Positions 42,298 through 55,167 of a stretch of DNA of 64,000 nucleotides are shown one piece after another. The stretch is taken from the NCBI GenBank assembly GCA_964016885.1, contig OZ024741.1:293260001-293324000 (forward strand), read 5' to 3'. Numbering within the stretch: the stretch's first letter is position 1; every line of letters starts with the position of its first letter. The notes beneath the pieces were generated by a model, which did not search any database, had not been told where the DNA came from, and worked only from the letters and a program-made list of their open reading frames with translations. Origin of the DNA: Eledone cirrhosa. Taxonomy: Eukaryota. Both the position numbers and the translations under genes were made by a program.

Positions 42298-42305
<8 letters not shown>
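42113..42305 (+). mobile_element. Short TA-embedded Penelope-like remnant with hammerhead at 42221-42266
   Basis: tgct CCGAAGA a tccaaa cccgg tttgga g GAAA cagctg TA agca. Confidence 0.7.
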
Positions 42306-42328
<23 letters not shown>

Positions 42329-42748
42329 CGGAAAAGTGTCAGGACCCCGACAGCTGAGCTCCGGCCATTTTGACAGCTATGCATAGGCTTAACCCTAGCA
42401 TAACTGATATTTTTTAAAAAAAGTAGCTACCAGGAAGGAAATCTTTGAATTTTCCAAAGAAAACCTACAAAGCTCCCCCTCCTTGATAATGGATGGTAAA
42501 TCTGAAAACTTTTGGGACCAATAAATTGCTGAGGAAACTGTCATTCATTCTTTCTTTTCTTATCTTTTATTTTCCTTCTCCCACTTTTTTGTTCCTATCG
42601 CATCTCTCTCTCTCAATTTCCTTCAGGCTTGTTACCTTGGTAATTCTACCCACTTGCATTTTACAGCTTTCTAAATGTATCAACTTTTCACACACACATA
42701 TATATATACACACACACTCACATCTCTTTCCGCTCTCTGTCCTTCAAT

Positions 42749-42782
<34 letters not shown>

Positions 42783-42856
42783 GATAATCATTATCATCAC
42801 TGTTTAATGTCCATTTTCCATGTTAGCATGGAAATATGTATATATGTATTGTTTAT

Positions 42857-42903
<47 letters not shown>

Positions 42904-42924
42904 ATATATATTTATATATATATA

Positions 42925-42962
<38 letters not shown>

Positions 42963-44666
42963 AATGTTTGGTGAAGAAACTCAATAATACTTATTCCATC
43001 TGTAAAACAAAGCTAGCGTGTCAGTTTGTCTATGTCTGGTCCATTGAACATCATGGAATTCATTTCTGTCACTTTAGTTCTTAACCTTTTCATTACCATA
43101 TTTCTAATAAAAGATACTGCCTATGTTTTTTATATAATCTAGAATTTGAAGGAATTTAGTAATCTAGCCCACTTCCTCACTATTTAGCTGGTGTTTGGAG
43201 CAAAGCTTAAATGTTCTTAGTTAGAATTATGATGAAATGCTTTGGATTAACATAAACATTTTTGTATCATAGAATCAGGGGTATCTTCAGCAAATATTGC
43301 TTTATTTTCTTTGTTTCATTTTGTCTGCTTTCAGTTATACCTTTTCTTTTAACCTCAAAATTTATTTCTGTTTATTTTCCTCCTAGACGTTAAACATTGT
43401 TGATGATGATGAGTCTTAAGTTATTGGTGATGGTATCGTAAAGGACCAAGCTTCTACTAATGGTGCTGTTGTTGTCATTGTTGTTTAGCCTCTAGCCTAA
43501 ATGACTAAATGAACAATATTGCTAAATGTTATTATATATTATTGTCCATACAATATAAAACATTCCTTTTTAGAGTATGTATTTCTGATTGCTTCCAATC
43601 ATGAGAAGATTGGAACATTACCATTTTTTATTGTTGTTTTTTAACCAGTCTGATTTGTTTTATTTTTTATTTATTTATTTTTTTTTTGTTAAGCTCAGAA
43701 CCTAATGGAGTCAATTCAAAGATTGCTATTCTCAGCAAGGAATGTTAACCAAAATATTGCCATTTCTCTTTGTGTTATCATTCATAAGATTTTAGAGAGA
43801 GGGAAAAACATGACTAGAAATTACTAGAAACATAATACTTGATAGGTAATAATATTTTGGAAGATGATAATAGCAAATTATTGCTGTACACATTTTTATA
43901 ATGGAGTTTATGAACTGATACATTGTTTGACGATCGGAGATTGATTGAAACAAAACATTTATTGTGTGTAATTAACTAGAAAGTATTATTATGTTATTTT
44001 CCAAACAATAGTCAAAGTATGTGCCAAGTTTACATAATAATATATATTCATTTGTAACTATCTCATAAAATGGAATATGTAAAGTTAACCTATATGAGAA
44101 ACATAAGGCAGTCAGTTGGCAGAGTTGTTAGAGCATCAAACAAATAAAATGCTTAGAAATAATTGTTCAGGCTCTCTGCACTCAAATACTTCTCAGGTCT
44201 TCTTAGCCTTTCATCTTTTGCAGGTTGATAAAGAAAGTACCAGCCTTGTGCTGGTGCAACTGTCTCACTCACTAGCTGCCACATTTTAGATGTACTGATG
44301 GATCAAATATCAATTGTGACATTTTTTCCAATTATCTGCTGTGGTTTTCCTTGCCTTTTATCCTTCCCAGGTTGATATAGTACAAGACAGGTGGAGGTAC
44401 AGCCATCTTAAAGCTAGGTTTTCCCGTTCCTCTCTTTTCATTCATTTTGTTTCCTTTGAACAATTTCTCTTAACTAATTTTTTCTAATTATATGTCCAAA
44501 ATATTTTACCTTTCTTTAACCATTTTGTTACCATATTTCTAATGAAAGACACTGGTTATAATTACCAGATTAATATGAAAATAGTCAAGAATTTGGAAAG
44601 ATTTAGTAAAATAACTAATGCTCATTATTAAGCTGGTGTGGATTAGAAAAATAACAAACTCTCATC

Positions 44667-45060
44667 GGTGAATTGGCAGTATCGGTAGAGGGCCAGACGC
44701 CTTGCTTTGATGCATAGAGTTACGGCCCTTGCCATTCTGAGTTCAAATCCCGCCGAGGTTAACTTTGCCTTTCATCCTTACGGGGTCGATAAAATAAAGT
44801 ACCAGTAATGTACTGGGTATTTGCTGGCCTTGTGCCAATAGTAGAAACAATTATTAAGGGTGGTGGATTGGCAGTATTTGTATATTATTGGAGAACATGC
44901 ATTGCAGCATATAGTTAGAGTTCTTTACGTTCTGAGCTCAAATCCTTTCATCCTTACGGAGATCGATAAAATGAAGTACCAGTTTGCACTAGATTCGATT
45001 GAATCGACTTTCTCCTTCCCTACAAATTGGTGGCCATGTGTCAAAAGAAGAAAAAATTAC
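44667..45060 (+). mobile_element. Two tandem SINE family A copies
   Basis: Young copy 44667-44855 followed by older copy 44858-45060. Confidence 0.88.
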
Positions 45061-45170
45061 TAACTTGGTGTGTGGAGCATAACATAACAAAGGTACTTAC
45101 ATAAAATTATGATGGAAGGTTTTTAGACTTAAAAAAAAACAACTTAGCTTTGTAGGATCAGAGATGGTGT

Positions 45171-45483
45171 CAGGGCTAGATTTAGACCTTGAGGTGCCTG
45201 GTGTACTTCAGGTTTGGTGGTGGTGGTGTTCGTAGACATAAAAATTAGGACACACAGCAATCCCCCAATTTTATATCTCAAAGTCAGTTTGGTGAAAGTA
45301 ATTGGAAGTGAAAGGTTATACATAGAGGTATTAAATTTAAACAATCTAACTATCCTAAAACTAAAAAGCCCAGCAGAGGGCACAAATAAATTGCTATGGT
45401 TGTTTGTTGCACCCCACCCCCACCCATCCTACAGAGATCCCAGGGCAATTACCCCTTTTGTCCCCCATTAAAATCTGGCCTGT
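45171..45483. mobile_element. hAT-type MITE
   Basis: TIR cagggctagattt / aaatctggcctg; flanks gatggtgt / ggtggtgt (8 bp, one mismatch). Confidence 0.7.
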
Positions 45484-45876
45484 GGTGGTGTCAAGCAGTT
45501 TGGTATCAAAAAGGTTAACAGGGTCTAAAAAAAAATTCTCAAAGCTTGTATTGTCCAGAGATTATGGCAGGAAATGTCTCAGAATGCAATCAAACCTAGA
45601 ACTATCTGATAGCAAAGTAATCTTCTTAACCACACAGTCATGTCTGCATCTATAGTATGGTTCCTATAAATGTGCATAGTTCTTTTCACCATGTTGGCAC
45701 TGCTATTTCACAGGTGGCTGCTCCCATTTATATCAACCACGTTACAATACGCAAGTGGTTAATATTTTCAATTTGGTTTATACTTTGTCTAGGAATATCT
45801 CCACTATGTCTGTCGTAAGGGTTGGACATTTTCAGCAACACTATGCTAATTCTCATGCATAAGTATTATATCACAC

Positions 45877-45912
<36 letters not shown>

Positions 45913-45921
<9 letters not shown>

Positions 45922-46257
45922 GATATTAAATAAATGGAAACTATATTTATAAAACCATATTTATTCTATTATATATATTTCAAGGGTACCAAAACTTTGC
46001 TTCAGTCTCATCAGATAAAATACAAAGTTTGTTTTATAAATATTGACATAACCAGGAAGAAGATCTTAATGGTTCAAGATTTTCCTTTTGGTACCCTTGA
46101 AATATATATAATAGAATAAATATGGTTTTATAAATATAGTTTCCATTTATTTAATATCACTGAATATTATACTCCAGAAAATTTGTTGAGTGCTTTGAAT
46201 CAGTTATAAACATTTATATTTGTTGAATTACCAACAAATTAAATATCCCTTTTGCTT
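45913..46257. mobile_element. Fold-back element: IR 45913-45994 / 46086-46167, tail to ~46257; hammerhead 45962-46022 (-)
   Basis: Minus strand: tattttat CTGATGA ga ctgaagc aaa gttttgg taccc tt GAAA tatata TA atagaata; TA tracts on both sides. Confidence 0.82.
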
Positions 46258-46484
46258 ATATATATATATATGAGTATGTATACGTACATACATATATGTA
46301 TACAGACATACAGTAGTATGTATATATACATACATGTACACATATATATATGAAATTTCATTTTTTCTATATATATATATATATGTGTGTATGTAAATAT
46401 ATGTATGTATGTATATATATGTGTATATATATATATTATATATATATATATATGTGTGTGTAGAAAAATATATACATATAGATA

Positions 46485-47686
46485 TGGCCTCTGGTGGTCC
46501 TTAAGGAAGCTAGGTGTTTAGGAATGACTTGTGAAGACAGGGCAAGCTTTGTACAGAGGTGCTGTCAGTAAAGTCAGGGTAGGAATGGAGTTTAGTGAGG
46601 AATTCCAGATACAAGAAGGAGTACATCAGGGTTCTGTCCTCAACCCGCTCTTGTTCATTATAGACCTCCAAACCATAACAGAGGAGTTTAAGACTGGCTG
46701 TCCATGGAAACTTCTCTATGCTGACGATCTGGTTCTTATAGCAGAATCAGTAGAGGAGCTAGAGAATAAATTCTGGCTATGGAAACAGCAGTTGGAATCA
46801 AGAGGACTGAGAGTGAACCTAGCTAAGACAAAAGTTTTGATGAGTAGAAAAGAGGACAAAACTCTGATTCCACCAGGGAGATGGCCATGTCCAATATGCA
46901 GAAAAGGAACTGGCATAAATTCTATAAAATGTACACAATGCAGATCTTGGGTACACAAGAGATGTAGTGGGATAGCAGGCAAACTAACAGGTATGAAATA
47001 GATGTACAGGGAAATTTGACAGTAGAAGTCACATTGATAGACACATTTTTCAAATGCAGGTGGGTGCTATAGAATTGGTTGATAGCTTCCAGTACCTAGG
47101 TGATCAGATTAGCATGGAAGGGAGGGGTGTTCCGAGGCCATAGTATCTAGAATAAGGACAGGATGGAAGAAGTTTAGGGATGAAGAAGGGTTTCTCTCTG
47201 CATACTAAAGGCTGGTTATATGATGCCTGTGTGAGGTGCACAATGCTGCATGGTAGTGAGACATGGGCAGCAACAGAAGAGGATATGTGACAGCTGGAGA
47301 GAAATGAGGCAAGCATGATCCGTTTGATGTGCAGTGTCAATGTGCGTGAACTGCCGAGCATGGATGAGTTGAGAGAGAAACTGTGTCTGAGAGGGATAGA
47401 ATGAAGTGTGCAAGAGAGGAGACTGTGATGGTATGGACATGTGATGCGCATGGAGGATGACCGATGGGTGAAGAAGTGCCAAGAAATGCCAGTTGAAGGA
47501 AGACGTAGTAGAGGAAAACCACGAAAAGCCTGGGCGGAGGTGGTGAGAGCAGACCTCAGATCGCTGAAGCTCATGGTGGAGATGATGAAGGATCGTGACA
47601 AGTGGAAAGAGGCTGTGCTGAATAGGACCCGTTCCACCCTTGCAAGCAGGGAAAAGTGGACGTAAAATGATGATGAGGATGATGAT
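46485..47686 (+). mobile_element. RTE-clade LINE, 5'-truncated, family 1 (RT pseudogene)
   Basis: GVHQGSVLNPLLF, LLYADDLVL, GLRVNLAKTKV, Cys-rich insert, LHGSETW, GRRSRGKPRK; tail ggacgtaaaatgatgatg; in-frame stops. Confidence 0.95.
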
Positions 47687-49079
47687 ATGCACAAACTTGT
47701 GTGTGTATATATTGTTATACGTACAAATATATGAGTGTATGTATGTATATTTCTCTACACATATTTTATCTATTACAGAATTAAAAGAAATGTTTCCCAT
47801 CCATTTCTCCATGCTTGCATATATGAGATAACTACTTATTTCTTGGCACTGAAATAGTTTTAACTGCTAAATGCTACACACTATTGCTCACCACTCAAAT
47901 GTGAAGTGCAATTAAAATGCAACCTCACTTTTTGTTTTTGTTCCTTCAAGCAACGAATGTGTGCAAGTAGGTGTAGGTAACTTACTCTGAGACACAATAC
48001 ACTACCTGAAGTGATATTTGAACTCATGGTCATGTGGGATGTGCATGGCCTAGTTGTAAGGCTGCTATATTTATGATCATAATGTTTTTTTATTGATTCC
48101 TGGACTGTGTTGTGTTCTTGATGAAAAACACTTCAATTCATATTACTTCAGTATACTCAGCTGAAAATGAGTACCAGCAATAGCTAGGGGGTTCAACCCC
48201 ATGCTAGACTGGCTTCCTGTCCAGGGAAAAGTCTTGTATTCTCAGATGCTTCAGACCATGGAAACCAGGATAAGAACCGGCCTGATGAGCCTCCAGGCTT
48301 GAGACAGACTTCAGGCTTTATTTAGATTTTGGGTCCCATAACCTCTGTGTTTTCTTGATTAGCCTACACTCAAAACCATTGTGTTTCCTTCTTTCACCAT
48401 CACCAGGTGTTGTTTATTCTCAGCTGATTGAATAATAGGATCACCAGCTTGTTTTTTTTTGTGCTATTCTCATCCTTGTTCTTCGGTTCTTAGCTCCTGA
48501 TACAGTTGTGAAACCTGGCATGTCTTGGGCATTTTAAACTGCATAGAACCTGTCTCTGATCAGGTCTGAAAACAACTGACTTATTCCAGAAGAGATAGAG
48601 AGACCAAGAGGGAGGGCTGATCTCCAATAACTTCATACCTTTCTCATATGATTATATACCCAACCAACATCATCTGAAACCCACACCCATTCGACCTCAT
48701 TGTTCCCAAACCTACTAATAATTATTACTAACAATTATAGAAATGTTTTGATTGGATTACAGATTCTTTAGATTATCAGATATCTTGTAGTATTTGCATC
48801 AGATCTATACATTGTGAGTTCAAGTCTTACTAAAGTCAATTTTTCTTTTCATCATTTTGTCTTCAAAAAATAAAGTACCTGTCAAGCACTGGAGTTCAAC
48901 ATAATTGACTGTTTCTCTCCCTGCAAATTTTTATTCTTCTGACTATTTTAGAAATTATTCATTACCATCCCTACCACCACCATCATATTCATCATCCTCA
49001 CCACCACCATCTTCAAAATCACCACTATCATTACCATCATTGACCTCATCAGTTTTGTGTTTGTTTTTCTATGCTGTTA

Positions 49080-49400
49080 TGGATTGGATGTGGCTTTTTG
49101 AGGCTGAAATCTGTGATCATCTCAAATTGATCTAGCTTGATCCCCAAGCAAGACAAGCTGAGCTCATGGATGATATCCAACCACCTTTCTTAGGGTCGAC
49201 CCTGGGTCTCCTGCCATTTGGTTTTGCCCATAAAATCTTCCCAGCGATTCATTCCTGAGACTTTCTAACTACATGCCTGTAATATTGGAGCTGTGATGGA
49301 GAATTTGGAGAAGTAGCACCTCTATCTGGAGCAACTCACTGATTTCTGAGCAACACACTTTATTGAGTTACATTTCACCAAAGACCCATTGAGAGGAGCA
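49080..49400 (-). pseudogene. Decayed RTE LINE 3' fragment (third family)
   Basis: Minus-strand reading resembles ..SEISELLQIEVLLL..KILWAKPNGRRPR..RWLDIIHELSLSCLGI. Confidence 0.65.
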
Positions 49401-50405
49401 GCAGCTCTAACTGAATTGACTCCCTGATCTCTGTGCTACACACTCTATCAAGTAACCCCACTCCAAAAAGCCTTCAGGAAAATAGCAACTCTACCTGAAG
49501 TGACTCCCTGATCTCTGAGCTACACACTCTATCAAATAACATTACTCCAAAGACCCTTTGGGAGTAGTGGCTCTATCTAGAATAACACCCTGATCTCTGA
49601 GCTATACACTCTATCAAGTAGCATCATTCCAAAGACCCTTTGGGAGAAGTAGCGACTCTATCTAGAGGAGGGTTTCCCAAACATTTTTCAGTCAGCGGCT
49701 CCTTTGTGCGCAAATTTTTTTGTCAACACCCCCTTGTCAAATTATATTTCAAATAAGATACTGAATTCATCTTATATCAAATGGGTACAAAACCTAAAAC
49801 AAATGTGTGAACAATTCAGGGGTTGATTTAAGTTCAAACACAGAAAGGAATTCAAAACGGCAACACACTCACATACACGCAATCATATACATACAAACAT
49901 ACCCATACATACAAACACATACATATCAGCCACTCCCAACAGCCAGTTTCATCCAAAATTTTGACCACCATTCTTTATATATTTGCACACAAATACGCAC
50001 ATTCAGCGTTTTGCTTTTATTCATTTTTTTTTTCTTTTAGTTGTCTGTCACCATTCATGTTTTTTGTTTTTGTTTTTGTTTTGGGAGTTTCACTCTAGTG
50101 ACACCAGTACCACATGGTGCCAGGAATTCGTTTGGTGCTGCCAAAGTGGAAAAAGTGTTTTTTAATTTTTTGAAAATTTGAAAGAAAAAGATTTGAAAGA
50201 AATAATATACATAAATTCCCACCGCCCACCTGAGTATATTCAACCCCCCCCCCCTGAAATAAAACTCCCAGCGCCCCCTTTCAACACAACAGTGCCTACA
50301 CGGGGGCACTAGCCCCCACGTTGGGAAACACTGATCTAGAGTGACTCCCTGACCTCCCTCTGAGCTATACACTCTATCAAGTAACATTATTCCAAAGATT
50401 CTTCA
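49305..50405. repeat. ~83-bp tandem repeat, about 5 units, split by a MITE
   Basis: tgactccctgatctctgagctacacactctatcaagtaac..ccaaagaccc..ctctatctagag repeated. Confidence 0.85.
49668..50333. mobile_element. hAT (Charlie/Buster-type) non-autonomous transposon
   Basis: TIRs gagggtttcccaa / ttgggaaacactg; perfect 8-bp TSD atctagag at 49660-67 / 50334-41, fitting NTCTAGAN. Confidence 0.88.
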
Positions 50406-50459
50406 TGCTATATTATAACTTGCCTTTGTAATGTCTCTCTCATCCAATGTCCTTGTAGC

Positions 50460-50672
50460 ATACTACTACTACTTCGAACACCACCTCCACTACTACTACC
50501 ACCACTACCACCACCACCTCCACTACTACTACCACCACTACCACCACCACCAACAACAACACCAATACCACTGCTTCTACTACCACACTGCTGCTGCCAT
50601 TGCCAATGCCAGCACCACACCCGCAGCCACCACCACTACTATAACCACCACTACTACTACAACAACAACCTC
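50460..50672. repeat. (CAC/TAC)n low-complexity tract
   Basis: Direct reading. Confidence 0.9.
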
Positions 50673-51211
50673 ATCAGTATTCCAAAATGTATTTAACTCC
50701 AGATCAGCTAATGTCTAATATATAGACATTAGCTTGGATCAATTTCAACATGTTTGTCCATTAATTATCTAAATGTCATTGAAGCATCATAAAAAACACA
50801 CACCAACAACCCCAACAAAAACAACAGAAACAACAACACTCAAATGATCATCTACTTAAGTATCCGTCATTGTTTCATTATTTCCTCTCAAATGCCAAAT
50901 GGTTCTCTGAGACAGAAATCAGTTATGATATTTTTGTTCATTTATTGAAAAAACTATTTTCCATCCTACCAATTCTGTTTCTCTTTCTCTCTTCAGTTTT
51001 CTATTGTATATTCTATAGAATCTTTCTTTATTTTGCTGTAATATTTTTTTGTTCAGCCTTTTTATTGTTATTATTTTTATATGATTATTATATATTTATA
51101 TATCTATTAATGTTTTTCATTTTCTGTCTGATATTATTATAGTGTTACCCATTTCATTTGTGTTAGCATTTTGTCAATTTGGAAGTGGTCCAGTATCATT
51201 ATACCTATACA

Positions 51212-51400
51212 AGGGCGGTGGATTGGCAGTATTGGTAGAAGGTCGGATGCCATGCTTTGCAGCAAAGAGTTACGGCCCTTTATGGTCTGAGTTCAAATCC
51301 CGCCGAGGTTAACTTTGCCTTTCATATTTACGGGGTCGATAAAATAAAGTACCAGTAATACACTGGGATAATTGCTAGCCTTGTGCCAAAAGTAGAAACA
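51212..51400 (+). mobile_element. SINE family A, full length
   Basis: 14-bp TSD attatacctataca at 51198-51211 / 51401-51414. Confidence 0.95.
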
Positions 51401-51782
51401 ATTATACCTATACATATCTAAATCATCATCATCATCATTATCATTGTCAATGTTGTAATGCCCACTTTCTAGCTAGACAGCAGGTCTTCAGAGAAGAAAC
51501 CCCCACTCAAGCAAATGTTTCAGCCTTTAACTTTCATATGATTAGAGATGGAGGGGAAAGATGGAAAGGGAAACGGAGGAACAGCATAATAGAGACGGTA
51601 GGGGAACAGTGGCAGCTTCAGACAGGATGTTGATATTCAGCAGAAGGTTAAGTAGAACAAAGCATGAGCAATATGATGGGATGGCACTAAGGATACATGA
51701 TGATAGGACAGAACATGTGGTGGATAGCAACAGAGAGAGGAGAGAGGCATGAGGGTGAGTATGGTAGGAGAGAGCTTGTGAT

Positions 51783-52062
51783 TGATTCCAATATCCCTCA
51801 GACTCAAACAAAACAGACTACAGTTTGCTGGTCACTGTCATCGAGCTGACGAAGAAATCATTTCATCTCCCCTTCTGTGGCATCCCTCTGGATGTGTCTA
51901 TTCATGAAAACTGACTTTCCCAGACACCAAAGCACAGGACTCAGGGTTGGACATATGGGATCTGGGAACAACAATACAAGGCCGAACAGTGTGGAAAGCG
52001 ATTGTTAAGAGAGATCCGACTGCCCACAGAGGAGTTGAAGAATAATGGAATGATGATGATGA
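51783..52062 (+). mobile_element. RTE-like LINE 3' end (fourth family)
   Basis: Reads LKQNRLQFAGHCHRADEEIISSPLLWHP..RTVWKAIV; (GAT)n tail. Confidence 0.75.
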
Positions 52063-52465
52063 TGGATAGCAACAGAGAGAGAGGAAGAGGTGTGAGGGTG
52101 AATATGGTAGGAGAGAGCTTGTGATGGAGAACAGAGCGAGAGAGGAAGAGGTATTAGGGTGAGTATTGGGATGTCAATTAAGAATCCCATGAGAGAGTGA
52201 TAATGATGGGTGCAACTAACAGACTTCAACAGATACAATGGGAATAAATAATGGGAATAAAGTGAAGTGATATTGAGAACCTGAGTGTGCTAATATATAT
52301 TATAGTACATATTTATATATCCATACATGTGTGTAAGTATACAGTGTTCATTCATATATATATATGAATACACACATACTCATACCCACATATATTTATG
52401 GTAGCATAGATAAACAGACGTTAGATGATGATGATATGTATATGTACATATGTATACATATATAT

Positions 52466-52553
<88 letters not shown>

Positions 52554-52719
52554 TTATATATATATATTGTTATACTTTGGGAGGGTCATGTTGCCAATAA
52601 GAAACACACGCACCAGTTGCTTTGACTCCAATTTATTATAAATTAAATTTATAAATTTAAGAATTTATAAATTTCCGGTTGGTTGGTAGGTTCCATAACC
52701 GGATGATTGTTCATATATT

Positions 52720-52762
52720 GTCAAAGTTCTTTCGTCATACATTCTGTGACCTCTTCAGTGAC
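52720..52762 (-). ncRNA. Minimal hammerhead ribozyme in the Penelope-like 3' UTR
   Basis: gtca CTGAAGA g gtca cagaatgta tgac GAAA gaac TT tgac. Confidence 0.7.
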
Positions 52763-52959
52763 TGGGGATTCTTTTCTTTGTTTTGTGCCTCTCTTTTGTT
52801 CTGTCCTACGCCATCTTGTTTTTGTGTGTGTTGTGTGCTTAGATTAAGCATGTGTTACATCTGGGTGTCTGTGGGTTTTTTATTTGTTTATTTATTTGTT
52901 TATTTACATGTTACTGGTTGGTTGTTTGTTCTATGTGTGTGTGTGTTTTCATTTTGTCC

Positions 52960-53376
52960 TTAATTGTAAGCTATGATGTTGCTATTCCACTCATGTTGTC
53001 TATCTAATTTTGGTTGGAGTTCATTTATGTTTATTGCCTCTGTGATTTGTCTAAACATTGCGTCTTTTCTGTGTGAAGATTCTATTTTTATTTCTGTGTT
53101 CTCTAATTTTCCCTTATGTTCTATTTTAGCATGTTGGTGGAGTATTGATGATTCTTTTTTATCTTGAAGTTCTCGCCAGTGTTCATTTAACCGTTCTCCT
53201 ATACTACGAGCTGTCTCACCTATGTACACTATATTCTTATATTTACATTGTCCTTCAGTACATCTTATGCTATATACTACATTTCTAGTTTTACAGTTAA
53301 TATGGGGGCTTAGTTTACTGATTATGCATTTCTTATCTATACAGGGAGGTCTTTGAAAAGGGTATGTATTGCTAAT
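52960..53376 (-). CDS. GIY-YIG endonuclease domain (C-terminus of Penelope-like ORF; truncated; ORF-track start is an inversion-junction artefact)
   Basis: CKTRNVVYSIRC..YIGETARSIGERLNEH..HQH..EH..RQITEAININELQPKLD..EW. Confidence 0.9.
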   Translation of the reverse strand: MSNTYPFQRPPCIDKKCIISKLSPHINCKTRNVVYSIRCTEGQCKYKNIVYIGETARSIGERLNEHWRELQDKKESSILHQHAKIEHKGKLENTEIKIESSHRKDAMFRQITEAININELQPKLDRQHEWNSNIIAYN

Positions 53377-53717
53377 AAAGATAGTAGAAATACCAGGTAC
53401 CTCCATAAAAACACTTATTAGCAATACATACCCTTTTCAAAGACCTCCCTGTATAGATAAGAACACACACAGACACCCGGATGTAACACATGCACAAACT
53501 AAGGACACAACACACACAAAAACAAGATGGCGTAGGACAGAACAAATGAGAGGCACAAAACAAAGAAAAGAATCCCCAGTCACTGAAGAGGTCACAGAAT
53601 GTGTGACGTAAGAACTTTGACAATATATTGGCAACATGACCCTCCCAAAGTATAACAATATCGGTTTCAACACACGTTTTCAGATAAAGAATCTTGCTAA
53701 ACAAATTCAGAAACGAA

Positions 53718-53750
<33 letters not shown>

Positions 53751-53774
53751 CTTATATATATATATATATATATA

Positions 53775-53829
<55 letters not shown>

Positions 53830-53920
53830 CGGAATCTTCTGAGTTTCAGAAGATCCCGTTAAGGGTGAAAGCAGCGATTCTTTGCTTAAACTTTAATCTG
53901 TTATTTTAATAAATATATTT

Positions 53921-54320
53921 ATCATCATCATCATCATCATCATCATCGTTTAACGTCCATCTTCCACGCGTGCATGGGTTTGGACGGGAGTTTTCCCACT
54001 TGAAGCAAGATTGGGTGTCCTGCTCGTATAGGACTGTCTGGTGGGTTTTCTACGGCTGGATGCCCTTCCTAACACCAACCACGTTTACAGTGTGAACTGG
54101 GAGGTTTTTACCATGTTACCTACACGGCCACATTACAGCATGAACTGTGTGTTTTTTTGTCGTGACACCTACACGTCTGGCGGGTTTTCTACGGCTGGAT
54201 GCCCTTCCCAACACCAACCACATTTACAGTGTGTACTGGGAGTTTTTTACCGTGTTACCTACATGGCCATATTACAGCGTGGACTGTGTGTTTTTTTCTT
54301 TTTGTCGTGACACCTACACG
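53921..54320 (-). mobile_element. RTE family 2 3' UTR with internal ~140-bp tandem duplication
   Basis: 54036-54174 repeated at 54175-54320. Confidence 0.85.
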
Positions 54321-54324
54321 ATTT

Positions 54325-54395
54325 ATATATATATATATATGTGTGTCTATACACTTATATATATAAGTATATATATATAGGTATATATATATACA

Positions 54396-54445
<50 letters not shown>

Positions 54446-54665
54446 TATATATATATATATATATATAGGTATATATACATATATATATATATACCTATAT
54501 ATATATATATAATTATATATATATATATATACATATATATATAAGTATATATATACCTATATATATATATACTTATATACCTATATATATATATATACTT
54601 ATATACCTATATATATATATACTTATATACCTATATATATACTTATATACCTATATACTTATATA

Positions 54666-54751
<86 letters not shown>

Positions 54752-54772
54752 ACATATATATATATATATATG

Positions 54773-54807
<35 letters not shown>

Positions 54808-54808
54808 C
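54325..54808. repeat. (TA)n field with cttatatacctata higher-order units
   Basis: Direct reading. Confidence 0.95.
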
Positions 54809-55074
54809 TTGGAAATGGTTCTACTCTCATGAGGACATGCCCTATGAAATGGAAGTCTCTTGGCACTATCTGACATGATTTGACATCTGACATCCAGCCA
54901 ATATGTTTGACATTTGCTGGTTTTTCCTTTCCATCAATGGATTTTTCATTAAGGCTGATGAATTTGGTCTCAGACCAGATATAGTTCTTCACAATTAACA
55001 CATCCTTTGCCAAAAATACCCATCAACCTACACACACACATACGTATATCTGTATATGTGTATATATATATATA

Positions 55075-55167
<93 letters not shown>

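Larger units (their letters stand above)
52566..53718. mobile_element. Penelope-like element, 5'-truncated, with inverted arms and tail, in a (TA)n tract
   Basis: GIY-YIG ORF; hammerheads at 52720-52762 (-) and 53579-53621 (+); inversion centre 53332-53461; tail 53660-53718. Confidence 0.92.

Noticed and set aside
47104-47812. Long ORFs antisense to RTE copies (also 16820-17272, 61144-61700)
   Set aside because: Shadow frames of the LINE coding strand
53377-53424. N-terminus MLISVFMEVPGISTI of the GIY-YIG ORF
   Set aside because: Lies in the inversion junction; not a genuine start, as the RT portion is missing
54809-55028. Unique ~220-bp island with an open minus frame (..[26 protein letters not shown])
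   Set aside because: No polypyrimidine acceptor and no recognisable host domain; the weak LINE-like words are out of order, so neither exon nor TE can be supported
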